Assembly: GCA_013265495.1 (NCBI GenBank)
Contig: MU057801.1
Coordinates: 496,001-560,000 of the forward strand
Length of the DNA: 64,000 nucleotides
From: Vicugna vicugna
Lineage: Eukaryota
Direction of reading: 5' to 3'
Shown here: piece by piece, positions 59,721 to 64,000 of the stretch
Layout of the letters: each line of letters starts with the position of its first letter
Position numbering within the stretch: position 1 is the first letter of the stretch
Notes under the pieces: generated by a model
What the model was told of the DNA's origin: nothing
Database searches by the model: none
What the model saw: the letters and a program-made list of their open reading frames with translations, nothing else
Translations under genes and position numbers: made by a program

Positions 59721-62700
59721 GGTGAGTGTTTTAAAAGAGGAAAATATTTTTCTATCTTCCTCTGGCAAAGAACACGCATGAATTTCTCAGGATAGGTTCT
59801 TTCTCCCCTTCCTTCAATTACATTCAGAGAAAGGCTTCCAGCCTGTGGGATCAGAGGCACCAAGGGCTGTGCTGAGCAACACGGTAGCCAGGAGCCATCG
59901 GAAATTACATTTCAATCTAAATTGACTGAAGAAGTCGAAATTCAGTTGCTCGGCCCCCCAAGCGCGGGTACAGAACACGCCTGTCACCGTGGGAAGCTCT
60001 CCCAGGCGGTGCTATTCCAGAGTTTCTTTTCAACCTGGCTCTATGCCACTTTCAAACAGGAAAATGAGTTTGAAGACTTGAAAGTGGCCCCCAGTGAAGG
60101 ATGATCCTTTGTATGGACGGTCACAGCAGCCGGAGGCCTGGGCCGCGGGGGCCTGCTCTGCGGGCGCAAGTCCCCGGGACTCGCCCCTATGGACCGGCTG
60201 CCAAACGTCGCCGCTCGGGCCTGGGTCTGGAGGGACCCACTGATGCCATTCACATCTCATTACGAACACGCTCATTCTGCACAGCACTTGGCTGTCGCTG
60301 TGCGCGGCCCTCTGAGCACGGCCCCTGCGAGCCGCTGGGCCGCGAACAGCAGGACGCCGGGCCTGAGCGGCCGGCTGGCGGACAGGCGCTCTGACACCGA
60401 GCTGGCACGTGCGGGCCCAGCAGGGGCCGAGCCAGGCGTGACAAATTACTCAAAGAGCCGAGCTAAACTCATGGCCGAGGACCACCTGAGCCTTGGGCCG
60501 CTGTCAGCGCTCGCATCCAGGCCCCTTTTCAGTGCTGGCGGCCAGGTCGGCACAGGGCGGCCTCTGCAGCCCCATCCTGCTGGGCCCCAAAGGCCCTGCT
60601 GTGCCTGGACACCCGCACACAGCGCTGAGGATGACGCTGATGAAATGGATGTGCGGGTGTGCTCTGCTAAACAGGACGCAGCCGAGGCCACACATCTGGA
60701 GGAGCAGCCGTGGTGCTGACCGAGCTCACCGTCAGCCATGAAGGGGTGCCCTGTGCACCCCCATCCACAGGATCCCAGGGCAGCCCGCCATCCTCGTCCT
60801 GAGTGGCACTTTCCCATTGTCCGCAAGCTTGTCCTTGTCAATGCTGAGAGGCCTGGGCTCCTAAGAGCAAGTCCAGCACTAGACTCACAGCGGGGGATAA
60901 TCCAGGTCTGAGATTCTCGGATTCAATAAATATTAATGGTCGGACTCCACAGTGGAGGCCCTGCGGAGACAGACGGGCACGAAAGGAGCTTCCAAAGCTG
61001 GGTCTGAGAGGAGGAAGTGTTGTGGAAGGGTCCCCAACGGCACCCGGAGCACACACTCCCACCAGGCTGGCGACACTGTTCCCGAGCTGAACAGCGCTGA
61101 GCTGGGAGCTGTCACTTAGACAAACATCCATTAGGGACTGGAGATCATTTAATGCATTTTCACTCGTGGCCCAGCCAGGGGGCGTAAACACCATGACAAA
61201 GAGAAAACAAACACCTCCCAGCTCTGGCACCGTTCAGAAACAGCCAAGAAGCCCACGCGTGCTAAAATCTTTTTTTTTGGTAGCTTTAAAAAATGTAGCT
61301 CTGGGATCTTAACTGAGTTTGTCGGTAGAGCTATTAGCCAGGGCGACTAGGATCGGTGTCTTCTGATCTCTTCTTACCTGACACCCTTATGGCTGCCGTG
61401 CTGGCTGCTTCCTATTAAGAAAGGCATTTATAATTTAGACATCAAATGCTTTGCAAGGTTCTTCTCCTCGTGCCTAAGACTTGTTAAGATGTGAACTGGA
61501 TGCCGAAGCAACACCAGGAGTGGATAATCGGGGACCTGTGACCGAAAGCAGGTCCCAGGACTGATGACAGAGGCATCTGGACACAAAGTCAACACCTGTT
61601 TCAAGACCAGTCGTTGCCCTTCTGTTCTCAGAAAAGTCCACTAACAAACGTGAGACTTAAATTCTGTCCTGAATTACTAGCTCACTAAATACCACGCACA
61701 GTAAAGCACTTTTTAAAGAGGGAGTTTCCCCGATTACTCAACTCAGAGAACATTCAAATCACTAACTAGAAGCGCATCTTGGTTTCTGGATATTTCTGAG
61801 TTTTCAAGTGATCTCCTCTGTCTACATTTTCATGTAAGAATTTTTATCACTTACCAATATTCCTCGACTTGAATAAAGAGGCCGTACGTCTTAGCTGTTT
61901 ACATTTTTATCAGAAACCACCAAGACAGCTTTCTGAAACTCTCTAGGGAGGCTCTGCTGGAGGCCCGACCCGGAGAATCGGACCCAGCCCCCAACAACTT
62001 TATTCTGATGATTATCATTATCTTTTAAATTATTATTTGTTTTAATTTTCAGCAACGGCAGCCGCCGCAGGGCAGTCTGAAAGGGGCTTGCTCTTTGCAG
62101 GCAGACAGGCCTGCACTTGAATTCCAGCCCCTACCCCGCCCCGCCCCGCCCAGCCCCACCGCCTTCTGTGTGCAGCGCGGATACTGACATCTGCTCTCAG
62201 AGCTGCGGGGAGGCTGGATGGAATCACGTAAAGAAGCACCGACCCAGGTTCCAGCACGCAGGAGAAGCACGAAACGTGGACTGCCTGCACCTCCCACCCC
62301 TCAAGGTGGGCTTATGGTTTTGTCTTCCAGAAAGAATGTGGTGGATAAACCAGGGGAACCCCTGGCCAGGCTTTTGGTGGGCTTTACATTAGACCCTCAG
62401 GAACTGGGGCAAGTCCCATGGTCTCCGTGTTGCTGATCAGGAAATGGAAGCTCAAAGAATTCAAGTGATTTTCTGGAGTCACAGTTACTCAGGGGTGCAA
62501 TTGGGACTAGAACCCCCATCTTCTCACCTTTACTGCTTTCAACTAATATCTTCAATTCTAAAACACATGGGGTTAAGCTCCAGATCTTTTTCAAGGATGG
62601 GAGTTAAACTCCAAATGAGAGTAAATCAACTGACTTAAATATGCATGGGTATATAAATCAACCTATAACCGAAACTTGAGTGTACAGGTTTAAGCTGCAT

Positions 62701-63430
62701 TGATACCCACAGACCACGCTGCCTTTATAAATTCATAAAATAACAGTCATGGCATTCTTTTTACTTATTCAGGCTCTTTCTTGGAACAACTCCTATTTTG
62801 AAATAACTCCATTTATTTTTTTAAGTCATGGAAAAAAGAGAACTGTTTAAAAGATGCTCTATTACAGACTGAACTTTTATCAACCCTTGAAGCCCTTCTT
62901 GCCTGGACCATCTCCATATTCCTCAGAGTAGACACCATACTCAACTCACACCAACAAAATGGCCTTGGAGGAGGTGGCCTCCTGATGCCTACCAATAAAT
63001 GCAACCACCCAGTGGAATACTATACAGCACTGAAAAACACAGGTTTGTGTATTAGATGAATGAAACTCAAAACATGTTCAATGAAAAAAAGCAAGTGACT
63101 GAAGGGCAAAGTGAAACTGCTGAGGGACACACGTGCAGTGAGGCTGTCACCAGGGTGATCTGGGTGGGGCAGGAGGTGGCACACGGTAGGGTCTCAAATA
63201 CACTAGTTGGTACCCACAGCAAGGTAAATGTCATATGTTTTCTTGTAGGTGTGAAATATTTCATAGTGAAAAAGCGCCCCTGGAGAGAACAGAGTATGGA
63301 CTAATCCGATGATCTTGTCTCACCCACTGGGAGGGCAGGGCGAGTTTCCCTGCGCCGAAGGGGGACGTACAAGGTGAAAGGTTGGCTGTTAAGGGTAACG
63401 ATGCTGGAACAGTCCATTTGATTCAGACAT

Positions 63431-63474
63431 AGGAAAACCCAGAAATAGGCCAAGGAAAACCCAGAAATAGGCCA
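63431..63474. repeat. Perfect 22-bp tandem duplication
   Basis: AGGAAAACCCAGAAATAGGCCA occurs twice in a row. Confidence 0.9.
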
Positions 63475-64000
63475 AAACATTAGGGCTCAAATTTTTCAGA
63501 ACGTCGTGGAGAATCTGACAGATGGGATTTAAAGAGCTCAAACAGCAACACCGTCCCCGGGGCTGCGGGAACCGCCCCAGAAGGAGCACATCTTTCTACA
63601 GAGACCCTCTGCTAGAAACGCTGGGCACCAGGAATGACAAAACGGGCTGAGCTGGAGAACGCTCAGTGTCCTCCACAGACCTGCCTGGACATGACCTCAC
63701 TCTCCTCAGGAAACGTGATCTTGAGTGGCTCGGCCATTTTCAGAAAGCAAGTCCCCCTCCGCTCAAGAGCCACGTCCGGCGCACGCGGGCCTGGGGACAG
63801 CGAGCCGCCCTCGCCCAGCCTGTGTCCCCGGAGTAGGGACAACTGTGCTCACGCCGGCGCCAGGCAGCTCACAGGGACAAGAAGGGAGGCTCTGTGCAGA
63901 GGTGCAGGGAAGAGGCTAACCAATGGGGCTCTGAGGGGGTAGGAGCATTTCCTGCCCAGAGAAGCCTGAGCTGGAAGGAGGAGGAGGAGGAGACTGGAGC

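Noticed and set aside
1..64000. CRISPR arrays, operons or prokaryotic defence systems
   Set aside because: The sequence is mammalian, and no regularly spaced repeat-spacer structure was seen.

Overview
Mammalian genomic DNA, probably camelid (tRNA-derived SINEs resembling vic-1 plus Laurasiatherian-type L1). Orthologous to the human 20p11.23 block CFAP61(+) -> INSM1(+) <- RALGAPA2(-). It contains the last coding exon of CFAP61 (8880-9080), the intronless zinc-finger gene INSM1 (5' end hidden in a 522-N gap, stop at 18258), and the last three exons of RALGAPA2 on the minus strand (122-bp coding exon, 40-bp stop exon, separate 3'UTR exon). The rest is L1, SINE, MER, MLT and MIR repeats and GC-rich intronic DNA. 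I found no new multi-gene system. The most notable details are: an exact Ascl1/Brn composite motif plus a degenerate second copy upstream of INSM1; a (GCC)9 polyalanine tract and an apparent Tyr->Cys change at INSM1 zinc finger 3; a TSD-flanked L1 with both ends but lacking most of ORF2; a perfect 26-bp palindrome at an L1 deletion junction; and a motif-dense element in a RALGAPA2 intron. Gene and repeat names come from recalled sequences, not database searches.
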